Source of the DNA: an uncultured Acidobacteriota bacterium
Lineage (GTDB): Bacteria > Acidobacteriota > UBA6911
Direction of reading: 5' to 3'
Assembly (NCBI GenBank): GCA_963809485.1
Contig: CAWEJX010000021.1
Coordinates: 1-64,000, forward strand
Length of the DNA: 64,000 nucleotides
The position numbers were made by a program, and so were the translations under genes. Numbering within the stretch: the first letter of the stretch is position 1; the number at the start of each line of letters is the position of its first letter. The notes beneath the pieces are model-generated. The model made no database searches and was not told where the DNA came from. It saw only the letters and a program-made list of their open reading frames with translations. Shown here in pieces: positions 23,231 through 32,394 of the stretch.

Positions 23231-24526
23231 ATGACACGCACGATTTCTGTAGATCATCTCGCAAGAGTGGAGGGGCACGGCGGCGTAACCGTTGTTCTCG
23301 AGGGGAACGAAGTCAGCAAGGTTCATTTCGACATTTTCGAGGGCATCCGGCTCTTTGAAGGCCTGGTCCGAGGCAGAACCATCGAGGACGTTACGGGCAT
23401 CGTCTCCCGCATCTGCGCCATCTGCTCCACCAATCATACGGTGACATCGCTCCAGTGCCTCGAAAACGCGCTGGGAATCGAGGTGACGCCTCAGACACAA
23501 AAGCTGCGGGACCTCGCCTACCAGGGCGCCAATATCGAGAGCCATGCGCTGCATGTATTCGTGCTGGATCTTCCCGACCTGATGGGGCATTCCAGCGTCA
23601 TCAGCCTGGCGGGCGTGATTCCGGATGCCGTTAAGGTTGCCCTGCGCCTGAAAAAACTGGGGAACTCCATTCAGGAGGTCATCGGCGGACGGGCCGTCCA
23701 TCCTGTCAACTACGTAATAGGGGGATTCGGCAGGGTTCCGTCGAACGACGAGCTTTTCGCCTTGAGAGAACAGGTCAAGACAGGTCTTACCGATTGCGAG
23801 CGGGCGCTGGAAGTGCTGCGAACGATCAAGATCCCCGAATTCGCCAAGGAACCGATCCGCTGTGCGGCGGTCGTCCCCGAGGGCGAGACCTTCTTCTTCG
23901 GGAAGGAGGTTGAGATCCTCGACGGCGACGTTCGGAAGCGCATCCCGGTCCGGGATTACCGGAAATTGACCAACGAGCATCTTGTGCCGCATTCTCATGC
24001 CAAGCACAGTTCCTACAACGGCCGGTCCTACATGGTCGGAGCGCTGCCAAGATTGACCCTGAACGGGGAAAGGATCACGGGGTTGGCGCGGAAGGCATGG
24101 AAGGAGCTGAACCTCAAAACTCCAAGCTCCAACATCCTCATGAACAACATCGCCCAGGCGGTGGAGATGATCTTTTCGGTCGAGCGTTCCCTGCACATCC
24201 TGGACGAGATGCTCGATGCCGGCGTTGTCCAGGAAAGCCCGGTAGCCTACAAGGCCCATGCCTGTTCCGGCGCCGCGGCCACCGAAGTGCCCCGCGGAAC
24301 ACTCTTCTACTCCTACGAGGTCGATTCGGAGGGACGGATCGCATCCGCGGACATAATTACGCCCACTGCCCAGAACCTCAACAACGCCGAGGACCAGTTG
24401 CGGGCCGCGGTGAAACAGGGCCTGGGATCAGGGGTTTCCGACAAAGAGATCGAGCGGCGCCTGGCGATGGTGGCGCGGGCCTACGATCCCTGCATCAGCT
24501 GCTCGGTACACATGGTTCGGGTTTAG
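23231..24526 (+). CDS. hydA: Group 3b NiFe hydrogenase large (alpha) subunit
   Basis: RVEGHG, L1 motif RICAICSTNH, EVPRGTL, TPTAQN, L2 motif DPCISCSVH with a short cleavable tail (MVRV). Confidence 0.93.
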   Translation: MTRTISVDHLARVEGHGGVTVVLEGNEVSKVHFDIFEGIRLFEGLVRGRTIEDVTGIVSRICAICSTNHTVTSLQCLENALGIEVTPQTQKLRDLAYQGANIESHALHVFVLDLPDLMGHSSVISLAGVIPDAVKVALRLKKLGNSIQEVIGGRAVHPVNYVIGGFGRVPSNDELFALREQVKTGLTDCERALEVLRTIKIPEFAKEPIRCAAVVPEGETFFFGKEVEILDGDVRKRIPVRDYRKLTNEHLVPHSHAKHSSYNGRSYMVGALPRLTLNGERITGLARKAWKELNLKTPSSNILMNNIAQAVEMIFSVERSLHILDEMLDAGVVQESPVAYKAHACSGAAATEVPRGTLFYSYEVDSEGRIASADIITPTAQNLNNAEDQLRAAVKQGLGSGVSDKEIERRLAMVARAYDPCISCSVHMVRV

Positions 24527-24615
24527 CAGCGGCGAGCGGCAGCTCGACCGCGCTAATTCTTGGATTTGCAAACACGGGCGGCCTGCCGGCCGCCCATACC
24601 TCTCCCGCGTCCAAG

Positions 24616-26664
24616 ATGATCAGCCGCCTGAGTGACATCTCCCTTCGCGCCAAAATTACGATCAGCTTTGTGCTGATCGTAATTTTCGGCACGGCCATTT
24701 CCACCCTCATCGGCTCCCAGATTGTTACCCGGGCCATGCTCAACGAGGCGCGCAAACAGATCCGCCACGGTCTGAAAGCCGCGGAGATGGTTTACGAAGG
24801 GCGCATCGAATCGGTCCGTGTCTCCATAGTCGGGGCCGCCGGAACGGAAAGGCTGGCCGCAGCCCTAAATTCAAAGAACGCCGAAGCCCTGCACCGGGTT
24901 CTCGATCAGATCCGGGATGAAAACCGCCTGCAGTTCCTTTCCTTTTTTGATCCCAGAAACCAGCGGATTTCCCGGGCTTCCCGGGCGGCAATCCGGGACA
25001 TGGGCTCGGAACCTATCCCCGTCCCCGATTTCATAAGCGGCGCAATGTCCGGGAACGTAATGGCAGGCACAGAGCTGCTCAGTCCTGAAGACCTTATGCG
25101 CGAGGATCCGGCGCTGGCGGAACGTGCGCGGATTGCTCTTATCCCCGATCCGGAGCAACAGGGTGGCGGAGGCGCCTCGGATGACGGCATGGTCCTGATC
25201 GCTGCCGCTCCCGTCAAAACGAGCTCGGGATTCGAGGGGGTGCTCTACGGAGGCATTCTGCTGAACCGCAACGACGACCTGGTCACACGGATCAACGATT
25301 CCGTCTTCGGCCGGGAGAAGCAGGCTGACGGCGCCGCCGGAATTGTCTCGATTTTCATGGGAGACATCCGCATTGCCACAAATACCCTGAGCGACTCCGG
25401 GCAGAATCCGTTGGGGGGCCGTGCTGCAGCCGACATCCGCAGCGCAGTTCTGTCGCAGGGAATTCCATATTATGGCCGCGCCCACGTCGCCGGAAGCTGG
25501 CACCTGACGGCGTGCAGTCCTATCCGAAACGCGGGAAACCGTATTGTGGGATTTTTGGGTGTCGGGATACCGGAGCATCCTTTCCTGGCTGTGCGCACAT
25601 CCATGATGCTCACATTCCTGTGGGTGGCCGCAATCGGGGTTCTGGTTGTGCTGGGAATTACCTATTTCATCACGCGCAGCATTTTTCTGCCGCTCGAGGA
25701 AATAGTGAGAGCGAGCAACCGGATCGCCGCCGGCGATCTGGATCAGCCCGTCCACATCAGCTCGCGGGATGAGATCGGCATCCTCGCCAATTCTTTCAAT
25801 AAGATGCAGGCAAGCATCAAAGCCATGAAGCTGGAGCTGGAAGAGTGGGGGCGCACGCTCGAAGAAAAAGTCAACAAAAGGACCGAGGAGCTTGTGGCCG
25901 TTCAAACCCAAATGGCGCAGTCCGAGAAGCTCGCGTCCATCGGCCGTCTGGCAGCGGGTGTCGCGCATGAAATCAACAATCCGCTGGGCGGAGTATTGAC
26001 GTTCAGCATGCTGGCGCTGGAGGACTGCGACGACGACCACCCGCTGAAACAGAGCCTGGAGGTGATCGTCAAACAGACCCTGCGCTGCCGGGAAACTGTG
26101 AAGGGGCTGCTGGAGTTTGCGCGGCAGTCCAATACAGCTCCCTCGATCACAGAAGTGAACTCTGTCGTGGACAAAACCCTCCAGCTGCTGGAGAATCAGA
26201 CCATCTTCCAGAATATCCGGACCGTGCGCAAGTTCGATCCGCAGCTACCGCAGGTCCTCATCGATGCGGGACAGCTGCAGCAGGTCGTCATGAACATCGT
26301 CATCAACGCCGTCGATGCAATGGAGGAAAACGGGGTGCTGACGATCGAGACCGGTGTTGCGCCGCTAAACCAGGAAATCCTCATCAAGATCAGCGATACC
26401 GGCAAGGGCATCCCCGAAGACATACTTCCCCTGATTTTCGAGCCCTTCTTTACCACCAAGAAAGTGGGGAAAGGAACCGGGCTGGGATTATCCATAGTTC
26501 ACGGGATTATCACTCGGGCCGGCGGAAAGATTGAAGTCGCCAGCTCGCTCCAGGGGGCCACTTTCACAGTGCGGCTCCCGATTGCCCGGGAGGGTCAAAA
26601 AGTTGAATCAAGCGCCCCAAAGAAGCCTGGTGCTGGCGCTGGGCAATCCTCTGAGCGGAGATGA
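24616..26664 (+). CDS. Membrane sensor histidine kinase (Cache-HAMP-HisKA-HATPase)
   Basis: Two TM helices around a periplasmic domain, HAMP (SRDEIGILANSFN), EKLASIGRLAAGVAHEINNPL, FEPFFTTK, GTGLGL. Confidence 0.92.
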   Translation: MISRLSDISLRAKITISFVLIVIFGTAISTLIGSQIVTRAMLNEARKQIRHGLKAAEMVYEGRIESVRVSIVGAAGTERLAAALNSKNAEALHRVLDQIRDENRLQFLSFFDPRNQRISRASRAAIRDMGSEPIPVPDFISGAMSGNVMAGTELLSPEDLMREDPALAERARIALIPDPEQQGGGGASDDGMVLIAAAPVKTSSGFEGVLYGGILLNRNDDLVTRINDSVFGREKQADGAAGIVSIFMGDIRIATNTLSDSGQNPLGGRAAADIRSAVLSQGIPYYGRAHVAGSWHLTACSPIRNAGNRIVGFLGVGIPEHPFLAVRTSMMLTFLWVAAIGVLVVLGITYFITRSIFLPLEEIVRASNRIAAGDLDQPVHISSRDEIGILANSFNKMQASIKAMKLELEEWGRTLEEKVNKRTEELVAVQTQMAQSEKLASIGRLAAGVAHEINNPLGGVLTFSMLALEDCDDDHPLKQSLEVIVKQTLRCRETVKGLLEFARQSNTAPSITEVNSVVDKTLQLLENQTIFQNIRTVRKFDPQLPQVLIDAGQLQQVVMNIVINAVDAMEENGVLTIETGVAPLNQEILIKISDTGKGIPEDILPLIFEPFFTTKKVGKGTGLGLSIVHGIITRAGGKIEVASSLQGATFTVRLPIAREGQKVESSAPKKPGAGAGQSSERR

Positions 26665-27118
26665 CGGATTCGGCGCCTGTGTCCTGGAGCAATTGCAGCG
26701 CGGCAAGCTCCCTTTCGGGGTACCGCTGGAAGACGCATCCACGGACCTGCTTTGTCGAATCCCGGATTTTGCGGAATACGATCAGATTGTGCTCATCGAT
26801 GCGGTCCTGGATCCTGAGGGCAAACTCGGAAAACCGGGGCATATTGCAGCGTATGAAGAGGCAATGTTTCGCGCCTGGCCCGAGACATCTCCGAGCGTTC
26901 ATCAGGTTTCGCCGCTGTTAGCCGTGAAGCTTTTCCGCACGCTTTACCCGGAATCCCGGTCGCAAATCACCCTCGTGGGGCTCATCGTGGATCATGTCGG
27001 CCAAAAGCCCGTCTATGCAACGGAAGAACGGATCGCCGAAGCCGCGGCAATAGTCCGCGCCCTCACTTGCCACCCGGGCTTTAGAGAGGATCAGTCTCCA
27101 GACCCATCTAGTTCGTGA
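26603..27118 (+). CDS. Hydrogenase maturation endopeptidase (HyaD/HycI family)
   Basis: LVLALGNPLSGDDGFG, IVLIDAV, SVH; TTG start with GGAGGG RBS overlapping the kinase 3' end. Confidence 0.85.
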   Translation: MNQAPQRSLVLALGNPLSGDDGFGACVLEQLQRGKLPFGVPLEDASTDLLCRIPDFAEYDQIVLIDAVLDPEGKLGKPGHIAAYEEAMFRAWPETSPSVHQVSPLLAVKLFRTLYPESRSQITLVGLIVDHVGQKPVYATEERIAEAAAIVRALTCHPGFREDQSPDPSSS

Positions 27119-27200
27119 GGACCGGTCTCCAGACCGGTCCGATTGGGATATAACTTGATAGCCCTCGAATCGAACCGCTCTGGAGAGCGGTTCTCACGAA
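27112..27200. repeat. Inverted REP-like doublet (REPIN-like)
   Basis: ttcgtgaggaccggtctccagaccggtcc ... gaaccgctctggagagcggttctcacgaa. Confidence 0.75.
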
Positions 27201-27222
27201 AAAAAGTAGATTAAGCCCTAAC

Positions 27223-27526
27223 TAGTTTCTGTCGCGAAACTCGGGTTTTGCGAAAAAGCCAAATTTTTCAACCGTCAATAGGATATTTGATATTACATAG
27301 AAGCCGATAATTGGAGTCAGGCCGCGTAGCGGCCAGCTGAATTTAGCCAGGCCTTTTAAGGCCTGGATCGAAAGGAGTTAAGTTTTCCGTCGCGTAGCGA
27401 CGGCTGAATCTCAGGCGTCGCTACGCGACGCGCTGCTCGCTGTACCATGGGTTCCCGGCCTTGAAAGGCCGGGCTAAAATCATAGTGCCGCTACGCGGCA
27501 CAAACCAGTTTCGCGAGCAGAAACTA
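27223..27526. mobile_element. MITE copy 2 (near-identical to 9512-9813)
   Basis: Same TIRs and internal palindrome; a few substitutions and 1-bp insertions. Confidence 0.85.
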
Positions 27527-27736
27527 ACCAGTCATTCACCTTCCGGCCGGCTCTGCCCACATCCGCGCTCACCGGCACGCTTGCGGAGAATACTGCGTAT
27601 CCAGCCATCCAGGTCGCGAAAAGCGTGCGATTGACGTCCTCAATGATAGCCTGCAGGCTGTGGCCATTCGTGCGCTTCGTCCTGGCGCGAATCGTTTCTT
27701 TGAACTGGCTTTTCTGCCGTCAGTCCGATAGATTTC

Positions 27737-28888
27737 TCAGGGCCTGTCCGGAGCAATGAAGTGCATCCTGATCAGGTCCAGATAGCTTTTGTAGCGCCCC
27801 TGGTCAAAGTCCTGCAGGAAGACCGAAACTTTTTGCAGCATGTTGCAGAGCTGATATCCGGGCAGCCGCGCGGGTGAACCGTAATAGGAGAAGGTGGAAC
27901 GGAGAAGCAGGCTGCGTTCATCGGTCGGCAATTTCTTCACATTCGCCACAAAGTCGGAAAACTGCTCAAAGGAACCCCAGTCAAACAAAACAATCTCAAC
28001 GTTTGACACATAAAAAACCGAAACGTTTAGTTTGCGTTTCCGGAGGTAATCTCCCACCGCGGCCAGGGCCTTTTTGCCGGAAAAGTCGCCCACAACCGGG
28101 ACGACAAGGTTTCTGCCCTGCATGCTGCGCACGAAATCATAGTCCTCCCTGCTTGCGAGGAAACTATCCTGCTTCCCCTTCAAATCCTTCATTGCCAGAA
28201 GACTCCTCAAGTTCGGGAAACGACCGAACCCGCGGCCTCTTCGGGGGCTGACATCAAATCCCACATTAAAACCCCAGGTGCGGAAGTTCCTATACACATA
28301 TTCCAGGCTCGCCTGGTCCTCCGATGAAAGGGGGAACTTGAAATCGACCTGGATCGTCTTGCGGATAGAAGCCAGATTTTCTGTGCAGGATTTATCATCG
28401 GCGGAAATATTTTCAAAGAAGCTGAGAATTTCATCCAAGGGTGCATCCGCGCCGGGAGACTTTCCCTCGGGCATCGGCCGGCTCAGCAGATTCGAGAGAA
28501 AGTGGGCGCGGGTGGGCGAGAGGTGAAAGATGGCTTTGTACATCAGGTGTTGAAGCATTGCCTGGCGCCGGATGTCCACAATGAAGGCGATTCTCGGACG
28601 TATCTTTGCGATGTAGGTGAAATTCTGCTCCGGCCCAACACCGATATAGGCGCCGCCCGTGGTTCCCAACTCCTGCATTTTGGCCACTATGGTCAGATAG
28701 GAATCCTCGCTGGAGGTAAAGTTGTCCGAGAAAAAGTACCCCCCTTCTTCGGAGAAATCGCGTATCATGCGCGAAAATTCCTCAGCGGACAAATCCTCCA
28801 TTTCCGCTGGAACCGACAGTGGAATAAAAGCTGCTATAAGGAGGATTGCAGCCCCGTAGCTCAGCAACCGTGTTCTGTATATTTTCAT
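27737..28888 (-). CDS. Exported hypothetical protein (resembles the LIC_10091-like family)
   Basis: Signal peptide; SEEGGYFFSDN, GGAYIGVGPEQNFTY, FYVSNVE. Confidence 0.7.
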   Translation of the reverse strand: MKIYRTRLLSYGAAILLIAAFIPLSVPAEMEDLSAEEFSRMIRDFSEEGGYFFSDNFTSSEDSYLTIVAKMQELGTTGGAYIGVGPEQNFTYIAKIRPRIAFIVDIRRQAMLQHLMYKAIFHLSPTRAHFLSNLLSRPMPEGKSPGADAPLDEILSFFENISADDKSCTENLASIRKTIQVDFKFPLSSEDQASLEYVYRNFRTWGFNVGFDVSPRRGRGFGRFPNLRSLLAMKDLKGKQDSFLASREDYDFVRSMQGRNLVVPVVGDFSGKKALAAVGDYLRKRKLNVSVFYVSNVEIVLFDWGSFEQFSDFVANVKKLPTDERSLLLRSTFSYYGSPARLPGYQLCNMLQKVSVFLQDFDQGRYKSYLDLIRMHFIAPDRP

Positions 28889-28984
28889 GAAGATCCCGTA
28901 ATGTTTGCTTGCCCGATTGAAATCAATGTAGCGCAATGCCATCATTCTACCACTGACGGCCAGGAGGAAGATCTCGAAATCTCC

Positions 28985-31273
28985 ATGAGTTCAATTCTTG
29001 AATGGCTTTTTAAATATCGACCGCTTCTGTATGAAAGGGGAACTATCGGCTTTGATCCTCTGTGGCCTTCGTATGTCAGCTGGATCCTTTTTGCCGCGGG
29101 CCTTTTGATTCCCTATCTGCTGTATCGCCGCTCGGCAGGCGTGATCCCCAATCCCTGGCGTTATGGATTTACGGCGCTCAGAGCCTCTTCATTGCTTGTG
29201 ATTCTGCTGATTGTCCTGCAGCCGGTACTTCGTCTCCATGCCGTAATCCCCCAGCAGAATTATGTCGCGGTCGCTTACGATTACAGCAAAAGCATGGAAA
29301 TTCAGGACGGAGCAGACGGACAATCGCGCCTGCAGATAGAGAAGCATATTCTTCGTCCTGCCGACAATCGCGTGCTTGAAGCGCTCGCCTCGAAATTCAA
29401 GCTTCGGTATTTCCGCTTTTCCGGCTCGGCGGAACGAGCGGAGGCCTTCCCGGGTGAATCCCGGCGCGGCGATATAACGGATCTGGAACGAAGCCTGAAC
29501 CGGATTTCGGACGACCTGGCTGCTGTTCCGCTCGCCGGCATTGCTTTGATAACGGATGGCGCGGACAACCGCTCGAATGATCTGGACGGGCTTATATCCA
29601 AATTTCGCGCGCGCCGAATTCCAATCTATGCCATTGGCGTCGGCTCCGATCATTTTCTCAGAGATGCGGAAATCCTGAGCGTCACCGCCCCCCGGACTGT
29701 CCTAAAGCATACGGCAGTGGAAGCCGAGGTTTCGATACGCGCGGAGGGATACGCCGGGCAGCGCGCGAAATTAACGGTAACCGACCAGGGCAGGCAGCTG
29801 CAAAACCAGGAAATCGCATTGGGCGGTGACGGTGAAGTCAAAACCTACAAGGTAAACCTTAGCGAGCAGAGCGACGGCCCGCGGATTTTTCAATTCCGCC
29901 TGGAGCCTCTTCCCTCCGAAACCGTCCTGCAAAACAACGAAAAAACAGTCCTGCTGAGGGTTGAAGACACCCAGCCAAAAATCCTTTATGTGGAGGGAGA
30001 GCCTCGCTGGGAGTTCAGCTTCCTGCGGCGCGCGGTTTCCACGGACAAAAATCTGCGTCTGGTGACGCTGCTGCGTCAGGCGGACGGGAAATTTCTGCGT
30101 CAGGGGATTGAGTCCCCCAGCACTCTCGAGAAAGGTTTCCCCGTTAATAAAGAAGAGCTCTTCAAGTACCAGTCCATCATCCTGGGGAGCGTGGAGGCAA
30201 GCTTTTTTACGTTTGATCAACTGCGGATGGTTTCAGATTTTGTCAGCCGGCGGGGGGGCGGATTCCTCATGCTGGGCGGAAGAAGCTCTTATGCTCAAGG
30301 TGGATACACCAATACACCGCTCGAAGATGTGCTTCCGCTTTACCTCAGACAGGGAACGGGGACGGTCCCGGGATTCCAGAACCTGAAATTCAAGGTTCGC
30401 CTGAGCGATTATGGAGCGCAGCATCCCATTTGCCGCCTTTCTACGCCGCAGGATCTGAATCGTAAACGATGGGAGGGCGCCCCGGACCTGATCGGATTCA
30501 ATCCAACCGCCGGACCAAAACCGGGCGCAACCGTGCTCGCGCGCGGAAGCATGCCGGAGTATGGCGGCCAGAATCCGGCAATCCTGGCTTTCCAGCGGTT
30601 TGGAAGAGGCATGGCGGTGGCATTCACAACCGATTCCAGCTGGCGCTGGCGGATGGAACAGGATCATGCGGACAACTTCCACGAGCTTTTCTGGCGCCAG
30701 ATGCTTCGCTGGATCGTAAACGATGTCCCGGATTCCATAACCGTATCAACGGAGAGGCAGTCCTATTCCCCGGACGATACCGCTATAATAAAAGTGGAAA
30801 CGAATGACGAATCCTTTCAGCCGCTCAACAATGTCAAGTTGTCGGCTCATGTTAAAGCGCCGTCGGGACAGACCACACCCGTGGAATCACCATGGGAATT
30901 CGAAAAAGACGGACGCTACTCCGGAGCTTTCAAGCCTCAGGAAGAGGGTGTTCACGAAGTCGTCTGCGAAGTTTTTCAGGGAAACAAAAGCCTGGGAGGC
31001 GGAAAAACCTATTTTCTCGTCGCGGAATCAACGGAAGAATTCCACCGGGCTTCTCTTAACTCGGACCTTCTCCGCCGCCTGGCCTCTGAGACCGGGGGCC
31101 GCTACTATTCGAGCAGCAATTTGAATACCCTGGCCGAGGATATTTCATATACGGATAAGGGGGCATTTCGGCTGGAAGAAAAGGATTTATGGGACATGCC
31201 CTTTCTATTCCTGCTTTTGATCGGCTTGATCTCAACCGAATGGTTCTTCCGAAAACGCAAGGGTCTGCCATGA
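28985..31273 (+). CDS. Membrane protein with vWA, Ig-like and glutamine-amidotransferase-like (DUF1355-type) domains
   Basis: MIDAS DYSKSM, ITDGADN, LYVEGEPRWEF, GGGFLMLGG, WRWR, FWRQMLRW, C-terminal TM EWFFRKRKG. Confidence 0.8.
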   Translation: MSSILEWLFKYRPLLYERGTIGFDPLWPSYVSWILFAAGLLIPYLLYRRSAGVIPNPWRYGFTALRASSLLVILLIVLQPVLRLHAVIPQQNYVAVAYDYSKSMEIQDGADGQSRLQIEKHILRPADNRVLEALASKFKLRYFRFSGSAERAEAFPGESRRGDITDLERSLNRISDDLAAVPLAGIALITDGADNRSNDLDGLISKFRARRIPIYAIGVGSDHFLRDAEILSVTAPRTVLKHTAVEAEVSIRAEGYAGQRAKLTVTDQGRQLQNQEIALGGDGEVKTYKVNLSEQSDGPRIFQFRLEPLPSETVLQNNEKTVLLRVEDTQPKILYVEGEPRWEFSFLRRAVSTDKNLRLVTLLRQADGKFLRQGIESPSTLEKGFPVNKEELFKYQSIILGSVEASFFTFDQLRMVSDFVSRRGGGFLMLGGRSSYAQGGYTNTPLEDVLPLYLRQGTGTVPGFQNLKFKVRLSDYGAQHPICRLSTPQDLNRKRWEGAPDLIGFNPTAGPKPGATVLARGSMPEYGGQNPAILAFQRFGRGMAVAFTTDSSWRWRMEQDHADNFHELFWRQMLRWIVNDVPDSITVSTERQSYSPDDTAIIKVETNDESFQPLNNVKLSAHVKAPSGQTTPVESPWEFEKDGRYSGAFKPQEEGVHEVVCEVFQGNKSLGGGKTYFLVAESTEEFHRASLNSDLLRRLASETGGRYYSSSNLNTLAEDISYTDKGAFRLEEKDLWDMPFLFLLLIGLISTEWFFRKRKGLP

Positions 31274-32394
31274 TTTCATCCCATACCGGTCACAGTTCAA
31301 AAGCAGACGGAAGCATTTCAGCAGAAGGAAATCCATTGTTGATGATGCCGGCCGTCAAACAGGAGGTGTCCGGAATCCGGAGAGCGCTTTCGACAGTCGT
31401 CTGCCGCCGTTGGGTGATTTTTGCGGTTATTCTGGCCTTAGCCGCGTGCGCCCGGACAGTTTCCGGAGCGGGCGGCGACGGCAGGTACGCGATACTGCTG
31501 GCCGGAAAGGCCAACGATCCACAACTGCAGAAAAGGTATCTGGAAGGGATCCGAAAGCTTCACTCCCTGCTCATTGGTCCGCTTGGATTTCCGAAGGACC
31601 AGGTCACGGTGCTGTTGGACGATCCTCAAATGGACCCAAATCTGATACAACGCCAGTCGACACGCAAAAACCTCGAAGAAGCCTGCCTGGACCTTGCCAA
31701 TCGAGCAAAGGAGGCAGACCTGGTTTTCGTTTTTATCGAGGGCCATGGCAGTTATGACGGGAGAACGTACAAACTCAATCTTGTCGGCCCCGATCCCACT
31801 GCCCCGGAGCTTGCCTCAATCCTCTATTCAATTCCCGCAAAGCGTTTTGTCGTGGTCAACGCGACGAACTGCAGCGGCGGCAGCCTGCCGGCACTCTCCG
31901 GAAAGGGAAAAATAGTCTTAACCGCGACAAAAAGCGGAATGGAGCATAATCTGGCCCACATGGGCGAGTATTTCGTCGAGTCCCTGGAGAATAATGCGGC
32001 CGATTCCAACAAAGATGGCCGCGTATCCGTCGTGGAGGCCTTTTTCTTCACAAGCCAAAAAGTGGAGGATCATTATAAAAACCAGGACCATTTGCAGACG
32101 GAACACTCCATACTGGATGACAATGGGGACGGTGAGGGCCATAGCAGCCCGGGCCCCGAAAGTGAAGACGGTCTGCTTGCCCGAATTACCTTTTTCGACG
32201 ACGGTTCCGGGCTGGAAGCCTCAATAGACATCGGCCCCGAACAACGGAAACTCGAACTCGAGGCCAGGGAAATGGAGAGGCAAATCGAGGCTTTAAAATA
32301 CAACAAAGCCGAAATGCCTCAGTCTGACTATGAAAAGAAACTGGAAGAACTGCTGCTGAAATTGGCGCGAATCCATGCAAAGCTGCAAAAATAA
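31270..32394 (+). CDS. Exported caspase-hemoglobinase fold (peptidase C13-like) protein
   Basis: FVFIEGHG and VNATNCSGG (His/Cys dyad), EF-hand-like DSNKDGRVS, C-terminal coiled coil; ATGA overlap with the upstream gene. Confidence 0.7.
   Translation: MISSHTGHSSKADGSISAEGNPLLMMPAVKQEVSGIRRALSTVVCRRWVIFAVILALAACARTVSGAGGDGRYAILLAGKANDPQLQKRYLEGIRKLHSLLIGPLGFPKDQVTVLLDDPQMDPNLIQRQSTRKNLEEACLDLANRAKEADLVFVFIEGHGSYDGRTYKLNLVGPDPTAPELASILYSIPAKRFVVVNATNCSGGSLPALSGKGKIVLTATKSGMEHNLAHMGEYFVESLENNAADSNKDGRVSVVEAFFFTSQKVEDHYKNQDHLQTEHSILDDNGDGEGHSSPGPESEDGLLARITFFDDGSGLEASIDIGPEQRKLELEAREMERQIEALKYNKAEMPQSDYEKKLEELLLKLARIHAKLQK

Noticed and set aside
24097-24615. N-terminal extension of the sensor kinase overlapping hydA (likewise 28502-28984 for the vWA protein)
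   Set aside because: Open-frame run-through into neighbouring genes; plausible starts are 24616 and 28985.
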